Below, piece after piece: positions 1-15,830 of a DNA stretch of 64,000 nt (position 1 is the first letter of the stretch; each line of letters opens with the position of its first letter). The stretch lies in the NCBI RefSeq assembly GCF_009914755.1, contig NC_060933.1, one strand, 5' to 3'. The position numbers and the translations under genes are program-made. The notes below the pieces were generated by a model that was given only the letters and a program-made list of their open reading frames with translations, did no database searches and was not told the origin of the DNA. Source of the stretch: the human T2T-CHM13v2.0 reference genome, Homo sapiens.

Positions 1-709
1 ACATGCTTTATAAGTTTTATGGTCACTACATTCTTTAAAGTTAAAGGTTACATTCCTGGGAGATTAAATAAAAACTGCAGAGTTAACAGTTGACTTGCCT
101 GAGGAGCTACTTGTTCTTCCTCAGTAGACATTGAAGAGAAAAGTAATGTAATACAACAGAAACAGAGCACGCACCTGATAAACATGTAACAGCAAAAGGG
201 GGTGCACAGGCCTTTGCCCTACCTGGCGGGTGTCCTCTGTTCGTTGTACTTCTGAGGTTGCCAGAATGTAAATGTTCATTTCACTATCTTAAATGAGCAG
301 AGAAATAACCAGAATCAGACTTTGAATTCTAGAAGCTCTTGGATCAAGAAGATTCTGTCTTTCCAACGTTTGCATCAAATAACATCGTGACCTATACTAT
401 CTTTTTTAATATTAAGTGAAGCTTAATCAAAATTTTAGGTTTAAAATACAAGAGTCGTTAAAAAGATACATCGTTAGGTAGAAAAACATGCAGAATAGTA
501 TGCTGTTTCATTTGGAGGGGAGGAAAAGAAAATAGAAAATGCTTAACATCACAATTTTTATTTTTATTACCTCATGGAAGAACTTCTCTACAACCACTGA
601 TTTTCTTACTTGCTTTCTAAGCAATGTAGAATTTTAGTCACCACTTCACCATTAATTTCTTGTTATTAATCCATTGCCGTTTTCCCAGCTGAAAGAGAAA
701 ACTTCCTTT

Positions 710-1570
710 TAATCTTCTAACTCATTTTGAAACAATTTCAACTTACAAAAGTTACAAAAATAGTAGAGATTCACATATACCCTTCACTGTGTTTTCCTGA
801 ATGTTAATATCTTACTATCACTACCATGATCAAAAGCAGGTAATGAGCATCGATACGCTACCATTCACAAAACCAGAGACCTTATTCACATTTTGCCAGT
901 TGTCCCACCGAAGACCTGTTTCTGGGCCAAGACCTAATCCAGAATCCCACATTGCATTCAGTTGTCACCTCTCAGTCTACTTTAATCAGAAGCATTGCTC
1001 AGTCTTTGTCTTCCAGGACCTTGACACTCTTGAGGAGTACTGGTCAGTTGTTTTGTAGAATGTTCCTTCACTTGGATTTGTCTTATGTTTCAGCATGGTT
1101 AAATTGAGGTTATACATTTTTGGCAGGGATACTACAAGTTGATGTTGCATCCTTCTCTGTGCATCACTTCAGGAGGCACAAGACGTCCACCTGTGCTTTT
1201 ACTAGAATGTTAACTTTGTCAGCAGGGTTCTGCCACAATAAAATTACTGTTTCCCTGATGCAGTTAATAAGTACCTGATGGGGAGATACTTTGAAACTAT
1301 GTAAATGTCTTGTGTTTTCATCATACTCTAGCTCACAGTTGATCACCCATTATTCTTTTTCAAAATTACAGCTTTATTAAGGCACAACTTAGCCACTCAT
1401 TTAAGTGTACAACTCAATGAGTTTTAATAACATTTATACAGTAGTGCCACAATCATCCCAATCCAGTCTTAGAACACTTTCACCATCCCAAAAAATTCCT
1501 TTGTGTCTGTGTACAATTAATCTCTTTAGCTTTGGCCCCAGGTAACCATTGGTCTGCCTTCTGTCTTTGT
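710..1570 (-). mobile_element. Two old L1M (L1MC/ME/MB-type) 3'-end fragments
   Basis: Typical reverse-strand L1M 3' UTR motifs at ~710-1350 and ~1355-1570. Confidence 0.6.
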
Positions 1571-2149
1571 TTATACAATACACTGAATTTTCTCTCATTA
1601 TTTACTTGCTTGCCTTTTTACTCTGAACACATATTAGTTTATGAGTGAGAAGACAATTTCTAACACATTGTTTGGTATATGACACAGGAAAGACACTGAC
1701 CAGCCTGGAAGTCAAGAGAAATAATGGATTCTTTAGTGTCAGACTAAACATAAACTTTGAACATTCTAGATATTAGCAGAACCTAAATTATCCAGTTGCC
1801 TTAGATCTTCAGTTAATTCATAAAAATAATTCCAATTAAATTCTTTCTCTGAATTTATAAAGTCAAAAGCATAACCTTTGATCCTTATATGCACAAAGCA
1901 ATTTTGATTTTATCATGTCAACATGCCTTAGAAAAATGGTAAGGTCCAGGGGTTTTGTTTCTTTGTTTTTTTCTTGTTGTCATTTTGTTTTGTTTTCCTT
2001 TGGTTTGTTAGTTTTGAAGGCCTTCACTCTTTGGTTTGCTGTTTAAAATTAGTTTCTTCCGGAGCCAATTTCATTAACCCAGTGAAATATAATTTCAAGG
2101 ACATTGTGTCTTACCCACACCCTCCAAGGTATGTTTTATATAATAACAC

Positions 2150-2400
2150 AATGTTGTTAAAATCAGGATAATTTTATTTTTAAAAAACGTATATATCTAG
2201 CATCTCTCAAAAGAAAATCCTTAGATCTAGCAGTACATGGCCCAAGTTTCCACAGCTGGAGCAAGTTGTGGCCATCCACTTTAGACAGAATATGTTCTTT
2301 GGTTTGCCAAGGCCCCACCTATTCCCTATTGAATCACATCACAGCTGCTTCATTCTTGTAAGCTCCTTATCTAGCCCTGTTGGACACTTGAGTTTGTTTA
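2150..2400. mobile_element. MER102-like hAT-Charlie fossil (last ~98 bp duplicated at 2569-2666)
   Basis: ...tttagacagaatatgttc...ccccacctattccctattg...ttgagtttg resembles the MER102 end. Confidence 0.45.
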
Positions 2401-3759
2401 TGTATTTATTTATATATAAATTTTTATTTTATATATATATATATCTGTATAACCACAACCACAGATGTGTGCATATTAAAATTTAACTATTTTCCATAGT
2501 TAAATTTTGGCAGGGATACTACAAATTGATGTTGTAGTATCAATTGGCAGGGATACTACAAATTGATGTTGCCAATGCCCCACCTATTCCCCATTGAATC
2601 ACACCACAATAGCTTCATTCTTGTAAGCTCCTTCTCTAGCCTTTCTGGACACTTGAGTTTGTTTATTTAGCCTTAGTAAAGTAAAGCTCACTAATGTTAA
2701 ACTTACAGGTATCCTCCCCAACACATAAATACCGAATACACTCTACCATTTCTATCTCCCCACACTTCCAACGTTTAATTTTGGTTAGATTATTTCTTTT
2801 TCATTATTATGACTATGTAAACAATATCCACAGATGAGCTTTATAGTATCCTCTGATTCTTTTTTCATTCCTACTCAACTTTTTATTTTCCCTGAAATTA
2901 ATAATTTTATGAGTTATAATTTTTAATGAGTTTTTATTGTAGTTTTGGTTGCATAATACCATATATTTATCATTAATTCATTCCCAAGCTCTTAAAAAGT
3001 TGCTTAAATCTCCTTTTCGTATGTTCAGATGAATCCAGTATTCTTTTAATTTCATTTTCTTCAAGCAATCTATCCTCGGGTCTTGTGATCTGCTCTGTGT
3101 TGGAAATTGTTGCCCTTTATGTTACATGCACAGCTCAGGGATCTTGCTGCAGATTCCCTTTTCTTCTGTCTTGTGCTGAATTCCCTTGATTCCTAAATCC
3201 TATGTTTTCCTCTTTCATAATTTATACCTTTATTTTTTGTAGAGCACATCCTCTAGTAGCTTCCTGAGAAAAAGCGTGCATCGAGTTAACTCTTTGAGAC
3301 CTTGCATATCTTAAAATGTTTTTAGTATATACATAGATTCAGTTGATGGGGTGGCTCGTTCAGTAATCAGGCTATATTAGGCTATGCTACAGCAACATAT
3401 CCCTAAAGTCTTAGTGGCTTAATATGAGAGGAGTTTATTTCTACTTGCATCCCAGACCAAAGCAGGCCAGCTAACACTCACACAAGGCTACTTTCATTGG
3501 GCAGTTCCAGAAGTTGGGAGTCCTTCACTTCAGCTGTCAGAATGAGGGGGTGAGAGTGCAGAGAAGGCACTACTACTCTTAATTGTCTCAGACTAGAAGT
3601 GGCTTCTTATCCCATTCATACTCCTTTTGTGACTATTATTTATACTATCTGGTCTAAGTCCACAGGGACTGGCAAATGTAGAGATGAATATTTGTTTACT
3701 TCATATCCTCTGACACAGTGAAGTTGAGAATTCTGGGTTGGAATTCTTTTCTCTCTCTC

Positions 3760-4194
3760 TTTTTTTTTTTTTTTTTTTTTTTGAGACGGAGTCTCATTCT
3801 GTCACCCAGGATGGAGTGCAGTGGCACGATCTCGGGTCACTGCAACCTCCACCTCCTGGGTTCAAGTGATTCTTCTGTCTCAGCCTTCTGAGTAGCTGGG
3901 ATTACAGGCATGCGCCACCACGTCTGGCTAATTTTTGTATTTTTAGTAGAGATGGGGTTTCACCTTGTTGGTCAGGCTGGTCTCAAACTCCTGACCTGGT
4001 GATCTGCCCTCTGTGGCCTCCCAAAGTGCTGGGATTACAGGCGTGTTCCACCATGCCCAGCTAATTTTTGTATTTTTAGTAGAGACAGCGTTTCACCATG
4101 TTGGTCAGGCTGGTCTTGAACACCTGACCTGGTGATCCATCCTCCTCGCCTCCTAAAGTGCTGGGATTACAGGCGTGAGCCACCATGCCCGGCC
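3760..4194 (-). mobile_element. AluS with an extra internal ~132-bp unit (trimeric Alu)
   Basis: Poly-T, right arm, then two left-arm copies; TSD-like TCTTTTCTCT on both sides. Confidence 0.9.
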
Positions 4195-4352
4195 TCTTTT
4201 CTCTTTTGAATGTGGTAGGCACTGCTCTGTGTCTTCCAACTTCCAGTCTCCAAATTGCTGGTGAGAAACCAGTTTAATTATTGACTCTTGGGTATGACTA
4301 CTTCCTGTCTTCTGAGCACGGAAACACATAGGATTTTCACTTTGTTTCCAGT

Positions 4353-4759
4353 TTTTGTAGGCTGAATTGTGTCCCCCGCCCCACTTTCCACCAAAATTCA
4401 CTCAGTGAAGCCCTAACCCCCAGTAGTTTAGAATATGACTGTATTTAGACGTGGGGCCTTTAAAGAGGTAATTAAGGTAAAATGAGGTCTAATGGGCAAT
4501 TCTTAACCTAATATGACTGGTGTCCTTTTAAGAAGAGGAGACGAGGACACAGACAACACTGACCAAGGGAAGACAGTATGAGGACACAACTAGAAGACAG
4601 CCATCTGTGAGCTAAGGAGAGAAGCGTCAGGAAAAAACGAAACTGCTGTCGCCTCGATCTTAGACTTCTAGCATCCAGAACCATGAGAAAACAAATTTCT
4701 GCTGTTCAAGCCACCCAGTCTGTGGTGTTTTGTTACTGCAGCTCTAGCAAACTAATATA
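4353..4759 (+). mobile_element. MLT1B-like MaLR solo LTR
   Basis: ...ggctgaattgtgtcccc start and ...ctagcaaactaata end. Confidence 0.8.
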
Positions 4760-5208
4760 TCGGTATTTTAAAATCGCACAAATAATGTGCCTTGGGATGG
4801 GTCTAACTCCATTCTTTTTTTTTTTTTTTCACTCAAGTAGTCTCTTACAATCTGAGAACTCATGTCCTTGGATTTTCTGGAATTATTTTATTGATTATTT
4901 CCTTTCTTCTCTTATCTCTGTTGCTCTTTGTGGATCTCCTCTTATTTAGATGTTGGACTTCTTATTTTAGTCCTTTAATTTTTTTCTTTTTCTTTTCTAA
5001 CTCTCATTTTCTATATTTTTGCTCTGCTTACTGGGAGATTGGCTCAAATTTATCATCCAAACTTTCTCTGAATTTTTTATTCTACTATTATTTATTGTTC
5101 AAATTTCCAAGAGCTCCCTTTTTGTTTCTTGAATGTCCCTTTCTGAAATAGCATAAGACTGGTTCGTGGGTGCAATACAATATCTCCTCTTACGCCTCTG
5201 TGGATATT

Positions 5209-6280
<1,072 letters not shown>

Positions 6281-7575
6281 TACGCTCTGTGGATATTAAT
6301 AATAGTTTTCTTCTCCCAGCATAGTCTTGGTTAGTTCCAAATTATTTTCTTTGTTTGTTTGTTTGCTTTGGTCTCTACCTTTCATGCTGGTAGTTCCCCT
6401 TAGATGTCTGATAATCTTTGGTAGTCTATTCAAATTTAGGAGTGAGGTACTAAAAGACCTTATTGGAAGTTCTGATTCCATGAATGAAACTTCTTGTCCA
6501 CCAGCTTCAACTGGGTCATCTGGCTGGGCCATTTAGTTGGGTCATTCTCGACATCAGCATCTTTATGTCTTTCCTCTGGAAGTGGTCAGATACCCCAGAG
6601 AATAATTTTCTAATCTCTAGTGGTCTGGAATTAGAATGGGGTAAAAGACATGGGGTTCTGTTAGCTTATAAATGTTCCCATAAATTTTCACTACCCCTTC
6701 ATTTATATTACTGAACTCCATCCCCAAATGTGCCAAATGTTCTCCAGGAAGTAAGTTTCTCTATTTACCTTTTCCAGCCTCTGCCAGGCTGGGAGAGGGA
6801 CCATTATCTGGCTATACAGGTTTGAAGAGAGGATGTAGGGATCTAACAACTTCTTATACAGACTTATAACCCAATCCTCCTATTTTTGACCCTACCTTTA
6901 TCCCCATTTTCAGTGGTATCTGACATTTGGAAGCTGTTTGGGAGGTCTATGATGTAGTCAGGTACTTCTGAGTTTTCTCCAAGACAAATTTAGGGATCAT
7001 CTTTCTCAGGTGTGTTACCTCTTGTCTATATGGCTTCTGAATTCCACAACCTTGTTGTTCTTGTCTTCCTTTCTAATTTCATCATCATTGTGGGTTTCTG
7101 CCTTAAAAAAATAATCCCTTTACTGTCATTTTATTAGGTTTCAGAAGAAAGCCAAAGTAAGTGCATTTCTGTAATTGATCACCTCTACTCAGTAGTCTAT
7201 TTTGCATTTTTACAAGGAAATGACAAGTTTACTCAGGAGTGTTTGAAGACAAACAGGCCTGCTTTATAATTTTGTTACTGGCCATCCCTACCTTCAGTGC
7301 ACTTGGTCAACAATTACGTCCACAAAACAGAAATTACAACTCTGACTCGTGCTTTTATCTGAGGAACCACAAGTCATTCACTTGTATGGTTCACTTGTCA
7401 ACTGTAAGGGAAACTCTAACTGCTAATAACTTTAACTATATAGCCAAAAGGATCTTGTAAAACTCTTCCTATCTTCCTAGCTTTAGTCTTTGCATATAGT
7501 TCAAGGTTACTACTAACACTCCCCGACACCTGATTTTCTTCTGAAATACCAAAACCTCCCATTTTTGAGTGTTCA

Positions 7576-7974
<399 letters not shown>

Positions 7975-8219
7975 TTATTATCTGTATTTTACAAAGAGGA
8001 AAATTGAGGCTCTGAAAAGTTAAAGGATTTGTTCAACTTAACACGTCTATTAAGTGGTGAAACTAGGGTTTGAATCCAAGTCAGCCTTACTCCCAACCAC
8101 TTTCCACTTCATTATGTTGTCTTATTGATGACTTCCTGCCAGGACTTCCCAAGTGTTCATTTTCATGTCTGCAGCTCATTTAATTACTTTTAGTTCCTTT
8201 TTCATTTTCCAATCCAGTC

Positions 8220-8612
8220 ATCTATACTATTACCCTATGTCAGTGAATGACATCCAGTTGGTTCAGTATTTCAAAATTTCTGGCCCACCTTCTCTTCTCA
8301 TCTGTATCTGGTTACCTTTTTATCCACCTTATATATCATTTCCTAGGAAAGATTCCATGACCTCCCAAGGATTGACTTTGTACTTTTCATGTGCTTTTAC
8401 AGCACAAACAGAATCCTCTTTGCCCTATCAAGGTAGTAATTACCAGGTATAGAAATTATCTGTTTGCTTATTTACTCCCCAACTACACTAGGCTCCTAAG
8501 GACTGTGGCAATATTAATCTTATTTATGAGTCATATCTACAGCCTAGCACAGTGCCTGGCACATAGCAGGTGCTCACTACATATTTTGTTGAATGAATGC
8601 ATAAATGAATGA
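8220..8612 (+). mobile_element. L2 3' end
   Basis: gcacagtgcctggcacatag...tgttgaatgaatg terminus. Confidence 0.7.
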
Positions 8613-8631
8613 GGTTACACACATACCTCTA

Positions 8632-9048
8632 TGACATAGTTTGGATATTAGTTCCCTCCAAATATCATGTTGAAATTTCATCCCTAATGTGGGAGGTGGG
8701 GCCTAGTTGGAGGTGTTTGGGTCAGGGGGGCAGATCCCTCATGAGTTGCTTGGTGTCATTATGTTAGGATTGAGTGAATTCTCACTCTTAGTTCCTGTGG
8801 GATCTGGCTGCCTAAAAGAGCATGGCACTCCTCCCCTCTCTCTTGCTCCCTCCCTTGCCATGTGACATGCCTGCTTTCTCTTGGCCTCCCCCCATGGTTA
8901 GAAACTTCATGAGGTCCTCACCAGAAGCAGATGCTGGTGCCATGCTTCTTGCAGAGCCTGAAGAACCGTGAGTCAAATAAATGTCTTATTTTATTAAATT
9001 ACCCAGCCTCAGATATTCCTTTATAACAATGCAAAATGGATTAAGACA
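8632..9048 (+). mobile_element. MSTB-like MaLR solo LTR
   Basis: tga..agtttggat start, ...ggattaagaca end. Confidence 0.85.
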
Positions 9049-9054
9049 CTCGTA

Positions 9055-9392
9055 TTTATTAGTCCATTCTCACAGTGCTCGGCTATTTATAAACGAAAGA
9101 GATTTAATTGACTCATAGTTCGGGGAGGCCTCAGGAAACTTACAATCATGGCGGAACGGGAAGCAAACACATCCTTCTTCACATGGCAGCAGCAAGGAGA
9201 GGTGCTGAGCAAAAGGGGGAAAAGTCCTGGATAAAACCATCAGATCTCATGAGAACTCACTCACTATCATGAGAATAGCAGCATGGGCTAACCGCCCCCA
9301 TGATTCAATTACCTCCCACTGGGTAACATGTGGGGATTATGGGAACTACAATTCAAGATGAGATTTGGGGGGGACACAGCCAAACCATATCA
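9055..9392 (-). mobile_element. THE1 (C/D-like) solo LTR
   Basis: tattagtccattctcac...cagccaaaccatatca, with small internal deletions. Confidence 0.85.
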
Positions 9393-10199
9393 CACTGTCT
9401 GAATTATTAATAAAATATTTTCTAATCTAAAGTAATATTCCAATGATATTTTAGCATTTGCCAAATAGAGTTCCATAAAAGAAAAGTCTTTAGTGCATAT
9501 TATTTATTATTCAGGGTGTAGATACTATTTTAACTTCCACATTCTAAATTATAGTGTGGGTATCAATCTATGAAGTAGGTGCTGACAAGTTGTCAACATT
9601 ACTGAATTTTATGGTGAAGTTTTAAATTTGAATTTTTATTCAAATATAAATGAAAAGACCATTTTATTCTCAGGTAAAAAATCTATCATGCTTTGATGCT
9701 TTTCACTTTAATTGAAAAAAGACTCATTATAAAAGTACAATGCAAGAAATATTTAGAAAAATATTCCTGATCTCCAGTTGTTACTGTACCTAGATTTTTC
9801 TTGGGACCTATGTGATAAAACTTATCATGATTCTTGAAGAAATAGGAGTTCATACAACTGTTATCAGAATTTATATAAAATGTTTCTCAGAAAATGTGGT
9901 TTCTCCAGCTCGAACATTCTATAACTCTAAGCCAAATTGAAAGAGCAGATGGATGGGATAAAACACAAAGTATGGAAATAAATAATAAACTGCTACCCTG
10001 AAAAAGCCTACCTCTGCACATTGTTTAAAAATTGGAAAAAATCCAACTTCTGTGCTCTGATATTCAATGCAAGTCATTAGAATAAGGTGAGACTCTTCCT
10101 GTGTATTCAGATTGAAATCAGGGATGGTGTAGGGAGGCCATGGTCAACTTTTGAGCTACCCTTGAGGGAAGAAATTAATTGATCAAATATTAACTGCCC

Positions 10200-10560
10200 A
10201 AGTATATTCATAGGATGGCCATCCAGTAATGAGAATGAACAGTCTCCAACTAAAGGCAACAATATAGATGAATCTCAGAAACATGATATTGACCAGACAG
10301 AAAAGATTCCACTTACATAAACTTCAAAAGAAGATAAAACTGATCTATGACATTAATAGTCAGAATATTCATTATCTTTGAGGGAACTAAACTCGGAAGC
10401 CACATCATAGGGCATCTGGAAGCTAGTAATGTCCTCTTTCTTGATCTGTTACATTGGTGTGTTTATTTCATTAGATTTATTGAGCTATACATTTACCACC
10501 GTGTACTTGTCTCTGTATATGTTTTGCATTGAAATAAATTTTACCAATAAAATAATAAAG
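10200..10560 (+). mobile_element. L1ME 3' end
   Basis: gatgaatctcagaaacat...tttcttgatctg motifs followed by an A-rich tail. Confidence 0.6.
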
Positions 10561-11618
10561 CAAAATAAAGCGTTAACTGCTTACTGTTTTCAATAATATG
10601 CTCCTCTTTCCAAGAGGCCCCCCATACAGGCGAAAGTGCCCTGAATTATGACCCCAAATATGGCCTAATGGCAGGATATCTGAAACTACAGTAACAGGAT
10701 GTTGGAAAAAAAAGTTTCCCTGGGATAATCGAATACAACAAAAGGGGTATTCCAAAACCAGATCACCATGTGCAGACCTTATCATGAAAATTCTGAGAAC
10801 CATTTCCATGACTATTGGATTCCACAAGATTTTTGAAGATATTTTTAGGGGGAGGATTTTATCAAGGAGAATTCCCACTTCTGCTTATAGGGAAGAAAAA
10901 TGAGGAAGGGCTGCTACTTCTAACAAGGCTTCTTAAGACACCTTTCAGAAAGCTTAAATGACCATTTTCATGAACTTAAATGGAGCTGGGAGACCCAGAG
11001 GATGCTGCCTGACTCTGGCCCAACGATGCTAAAGTAGCCTGGGGCACCAGGGTAAGGTGGTATTGGAATCAGCAAGTCTTCTCGGGCCAGGAAAGTCATG
11101 AGCATTTTCAGTAGAGCAGATGTGTGCCATGTGGGAGAGATCCAGCCAAGGGTCCTTTGGGGTTCTGTCCAGTACGATCACTTAGAGAGCGGAGGGCCCT
11201 ACCAGCAGGAAGCTAGACGGGGGCTACAAATGCGTCACAAGTAAACACCAAGAACGCATGCAACTAGAGATGCATGAACCAGGTACGATGACCTGTAGGA
11301 GAGAAGTCTTCTGGAACACAGTCTTCCAAAGGACCCAAGCAAGCCCCAGGAAAAGCGTCAGTTTTGAACAACCACCAGGCATAGAATGTGCAAAACCAGA
11401 TTACATCAGTGTCCATTCTGTAAGAGCTTTCTTGTTCCTTAGCATTCCTCCAACAGCAAGAGGTCAGAAATGGTGGGCCAGCCGAGATGGGAGAAGAAAA
11501 GAGAAATGGCACAAAGTGGAGAGAAGACACCGACCATACCTCCTTTCCTCTCTTTCCCACCACAGGTGGACAGCGCAAAGCACACTCCAACTGGAGGAAG
11601 GTTTGCCATTAAAGATAA

Positions 11619-12093
<475 letters not shown>

Positions 12094-12470
12094 AAGATGT
12101 GTTTTGATTTTACCTACTAGTAATGCCTTCACTGTATGGGTTACATAGACATTTACATTAGTATACTCAGTTTTTTAAAAGTTTATTGCTGAACGATGAT
12201 CTACTCCTAGAGAGAGAACCATTTCAGCATCTTAAGTTCACAGTATGCCTTCCTATACCAGCACTAAGCTCCCCTTTGACCCTGTGCTTTTCCTTCTGAG
12301 CTCTGTTCCCCATGTTAGGAATCCTGCCTCTCAAAATACCTACTTAATTGCCATTTTTGCAAACGATTCCTCTCAACTCTGTTCGAATAATCCAAGCTAA
12401 AATTCAAGCTAATAAAGGTTTTTAATCACATCTTTTAGGAATATTTTCCTTTTATTTCATGACTCTCAAG

Positions 12471-12627
12471 CAATGGTTCTCAAACTTTGATATGTAACAG
12501 AATCATCTGAGGAACTTGGCATACCTGTAAAGGCCAATACTTCATTTACTTCAATGAGTCTGAGTCTTTGTGTTTGTTATCAGTTCTCCAGGCAATTCTG
12601 ATACTGCCAAAGTTTGAGAGCTTCTGT
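12471..12627. mobile_element. MER5-family DNA transposon fossil
   Basis: Terminal inverted repeats caatggttctcaaactt / aagtttgagagcttctg. Confidence 0.65.
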
Positions 12628-13261
12628 CTTAAAAGACACAAATTGCTAATGGATGCGACACAGATTTGGAGACATGGCAGTCATGTTGCCTTGATCTAAC
12701 ATCCAGAGTCGACCTCTTACTCTACACCATCATCATGCTGCTGCACAGTTCACAAGAATCACAGAGATCATGCAGTTGGATTGTGTCATGGTATCATAAC
12801 CAGTCTCTGCTCCAGCCCAGTCAATTGCTCCAGCCCAGCCAATTGAGAGTGATGAACAAGAACAGCATAGCTTGCTTTTCCCTCTCTGAAAATGTCCTGG
12901 TGCTTGTCACGGTCTCTGAATTGTTATGGTGTTATGTAGGGAAGTGAGTTGGGGTGGAGTGAGCCAGAAGGATATTGAAGAATACTGAAATGGGAAAAAG
13001 GCATTTCATAATATTATATGAAATTCTGTCTGATGCTGAGAGAAAGCAGGGACCAACAACATTTCTAAAGATTCTGTAAACCTGCCTGGGCTTTGTCCTC
13101 CAAATGGTTCAAGGTATTTAGGGAGATTATAGTTACTTAAAGAGAGATGCCCCAAAGTAGTCACATATTACATAAAAGATGAATATAAATCAATAAGAAA
13201 AACACTAAGGCCCTAATAGACAAGTGGGGAATGACATAAACAGACACAAAAGAAAATATAG

Positions 13262-13624
<363 letters not shown>

Positions 13625-14044
13625 TCACCTAATAAACACATAAAAATATTTTGAAATGTACTTGTAGCTTATTAAAATTGCAAAAATGAAAAAAACTCAA
13701 AGAGGGTTCTATGAAATAGAATTTCTTATAACATTGCTTATAAATTGCTACAAACCAACAAAAAACAAAATTATGTTTGTAGCATTTTATCTTTAATTTT
13801 TTATCTTGAAAACATACACACCATGAATTTCTGCTTACTTTTCATCTAGATTCAGCAATTGTTTTATTTTATTATTATTATTATTTGTAGTCTGATTCTA
13901 ATAGAAATTACCAATAGCAGCAGCAGCAGCATCATTATTGATGACCCCCTAAGAGGAAGTTGTAGACATCATACCATTCTGTCCCTTTTGCCCTAAATAA
14001 TTTAGTGTGTATCTTCTAAGAATAAGGATATTCTCTTTCATAAA

Positions 14045-14490
14045 TGTATTTCTGGAAAAAAAGGGGCCTGATTCAGACCCCAGGAGAGGGTTCTTGGATC
14101 TCATGCAGGAAGGAATTCAAGGCAAATTGCAGAGTGCAGTGAGAAGAGAGTTTATTGCAAGTTATTCAGTTACAGAGTAGAGCATCCTTAGAAAGCAAGA
14201 GGAGGAATGCACCATATTTGTTTTAAACTCTTCTTATATAGGGGTCTCATCTAAGTAAAAGTAAGCTAAGTTATAGCTACTTGTGGGTGGGCTGACAGCA
14301 TGACAAAATTTAGTACTTTGTTGATTTAAAGAACATTACCCTTGGGCATTTTAGTGTGTAAACCCATCAAAGCACGACTATAATCACCTTAAAAGCATAT
14401 ATTGTTATGTAATATTGAGGTATCTAGACATTCTGCTGTTGGAGGAATTTGTCCTTGCAAGCATTACTAAACTGCTTCCTTAGCCATATG
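14045..14490 (-). mobile_element. MER4-group ERV1 LTR fragment
   Basis: cagaccccaggagagggttcttggatctc...gagtttattg is characteristic of the MER4-type LTR end. Confidence 0.6.
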
Positions 14491-14619
14491 GCTCTAAAGC
14501 AACCCAAATGTCAACTAGTAATAAAATTCACAGCCAACATGTCCCGAGAGCATACTCAATATCTAGTAATATGCTCTGTGCTTTATGTATATTATCTTAA
14601 TTAATATTTTTAATAAAAG

Positions 14620-15156
14620 GTATGGCAGCCTCTTTTCACTGCCTACACAACTCTTCTCCCCTTTGTTCCTCTTTCATTTTGGCAGCTCAAGAAAATGAAT
14701 CACCATAGTTCTGAGCCAACCATGGGTTATCCACTTTTCTCAGTCAGATATTCTCTCTTTCCCAGCATCCCTTGCAGCTGAGGATGATCATCTGACCCTT
14801 TTCTGGCCAGTGAACACTATAGACAAATTTCCTGGAGGACTTCTGGGAAAGATGGAACCTCCCCTGGAGAAAGCCCTGGCCTCTTCCTTTCTTCCATTTT
14901 GTGATGCTGTGGCTGCTTGGAGTCATGGGAGCCATCTTTTAGCCTTGAGGTCATAAGAATGACAACCAAAGGCCCATGTGCTGAGGACGGCAGAGGGAAG
15001 GGACAGAAAGAACCTCAGTTCATACGGCACTGTTGAGTGGCTGGCCCAGTTCTGGACCATCTCATCTGCTTTACTTAGATAATAAATTTAGATGTTTAAG
15101 CCACTTTCAATTGGACTTTCAGTACGTTGTTGCTATAGACATTACTAATGGATACA
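14620..15156 (+). mobile_element. MLT1J-like LTR
   Basis: cccagcatcccttgcagct...agccatctt...gtttaagccact...taatggataca. Confidence 0.6.
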
Positions 15157-15159
15157 GGT

Positions 15160-15830
15160 AGTGATAATAATAGAAATAGTTACTTGTCACTTAGCATAAG
15201 TGCTTTCTATTATTTAATCTTTATAACCATCCTATGAAAAAGGTGCCACTATTAAGCCCATTTGATGGGTAAAGTTGAATACAGAGACATTAATAATGTG
15301 CCAAAAGTCACATAGCTCATAAGGAAAAAGTCAGATGTGAATCCAGGTGTTTGGACTTCAGAGTTCAAACTCTCAACCACTGCATTATCCTGCCTCCTCC
15401 TAAGCAAGGACATGGCCATGTACATTATGACATATATGGCCAATGGAAAATTAGTAAATACATGGTGAGAAAGAGTCAGTTGAAATGCTCATAAGAAGGT
15501 ATAATTATTTCATTTATCTGCTTTCTTATGCTCAATTTTACTAGTCAAGTCTCTTTGTAGCTTACTAATTTAAACAAAAAAAAAATTATCAGAAGGCAGA
15601 ATAGTGGAGTTGTCATAAGGGCAGACTTTAGGGTCAAACTCCTGTGTTTCAATCCTGATGCCACTAATTACAAGCTAGGTAACCTTAGGCAGTTTTCTTA
15701 ATCTGTGCCTCAATTTCCTCCTCTGTAAAGTGGAGATAATGACAATGCATTTCATATTTGTAAAATGAAGATAAACTGAAACAATATATTCTTAAATAAT
15801 ACTTGGCATACAATAACTAATCAATCAATA
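15160..15830. mobile_element. Two MIRs (~15160-15400 on -, ~15590-15830 on +)
   Basis: MIR core motifs, e.g. gcctcaatttcctcctctgtaaagtgg. Confidence 0.65.

Noticed and set aside
215-230. Strong minus-strand donor CAG|GTAGGG, possibly an exon of a transcript running toward the telomere
   Set aside because: No matching acceptor or ORF could be supported from sequence alone.
2505-2571. Repeat-spacer-repeat pattern resembling a CRISPR array
   Set aside because: Only two 28-bp copies with a 9-bp linker in primate DNA and no cas genes; better explained as a templated insertion.
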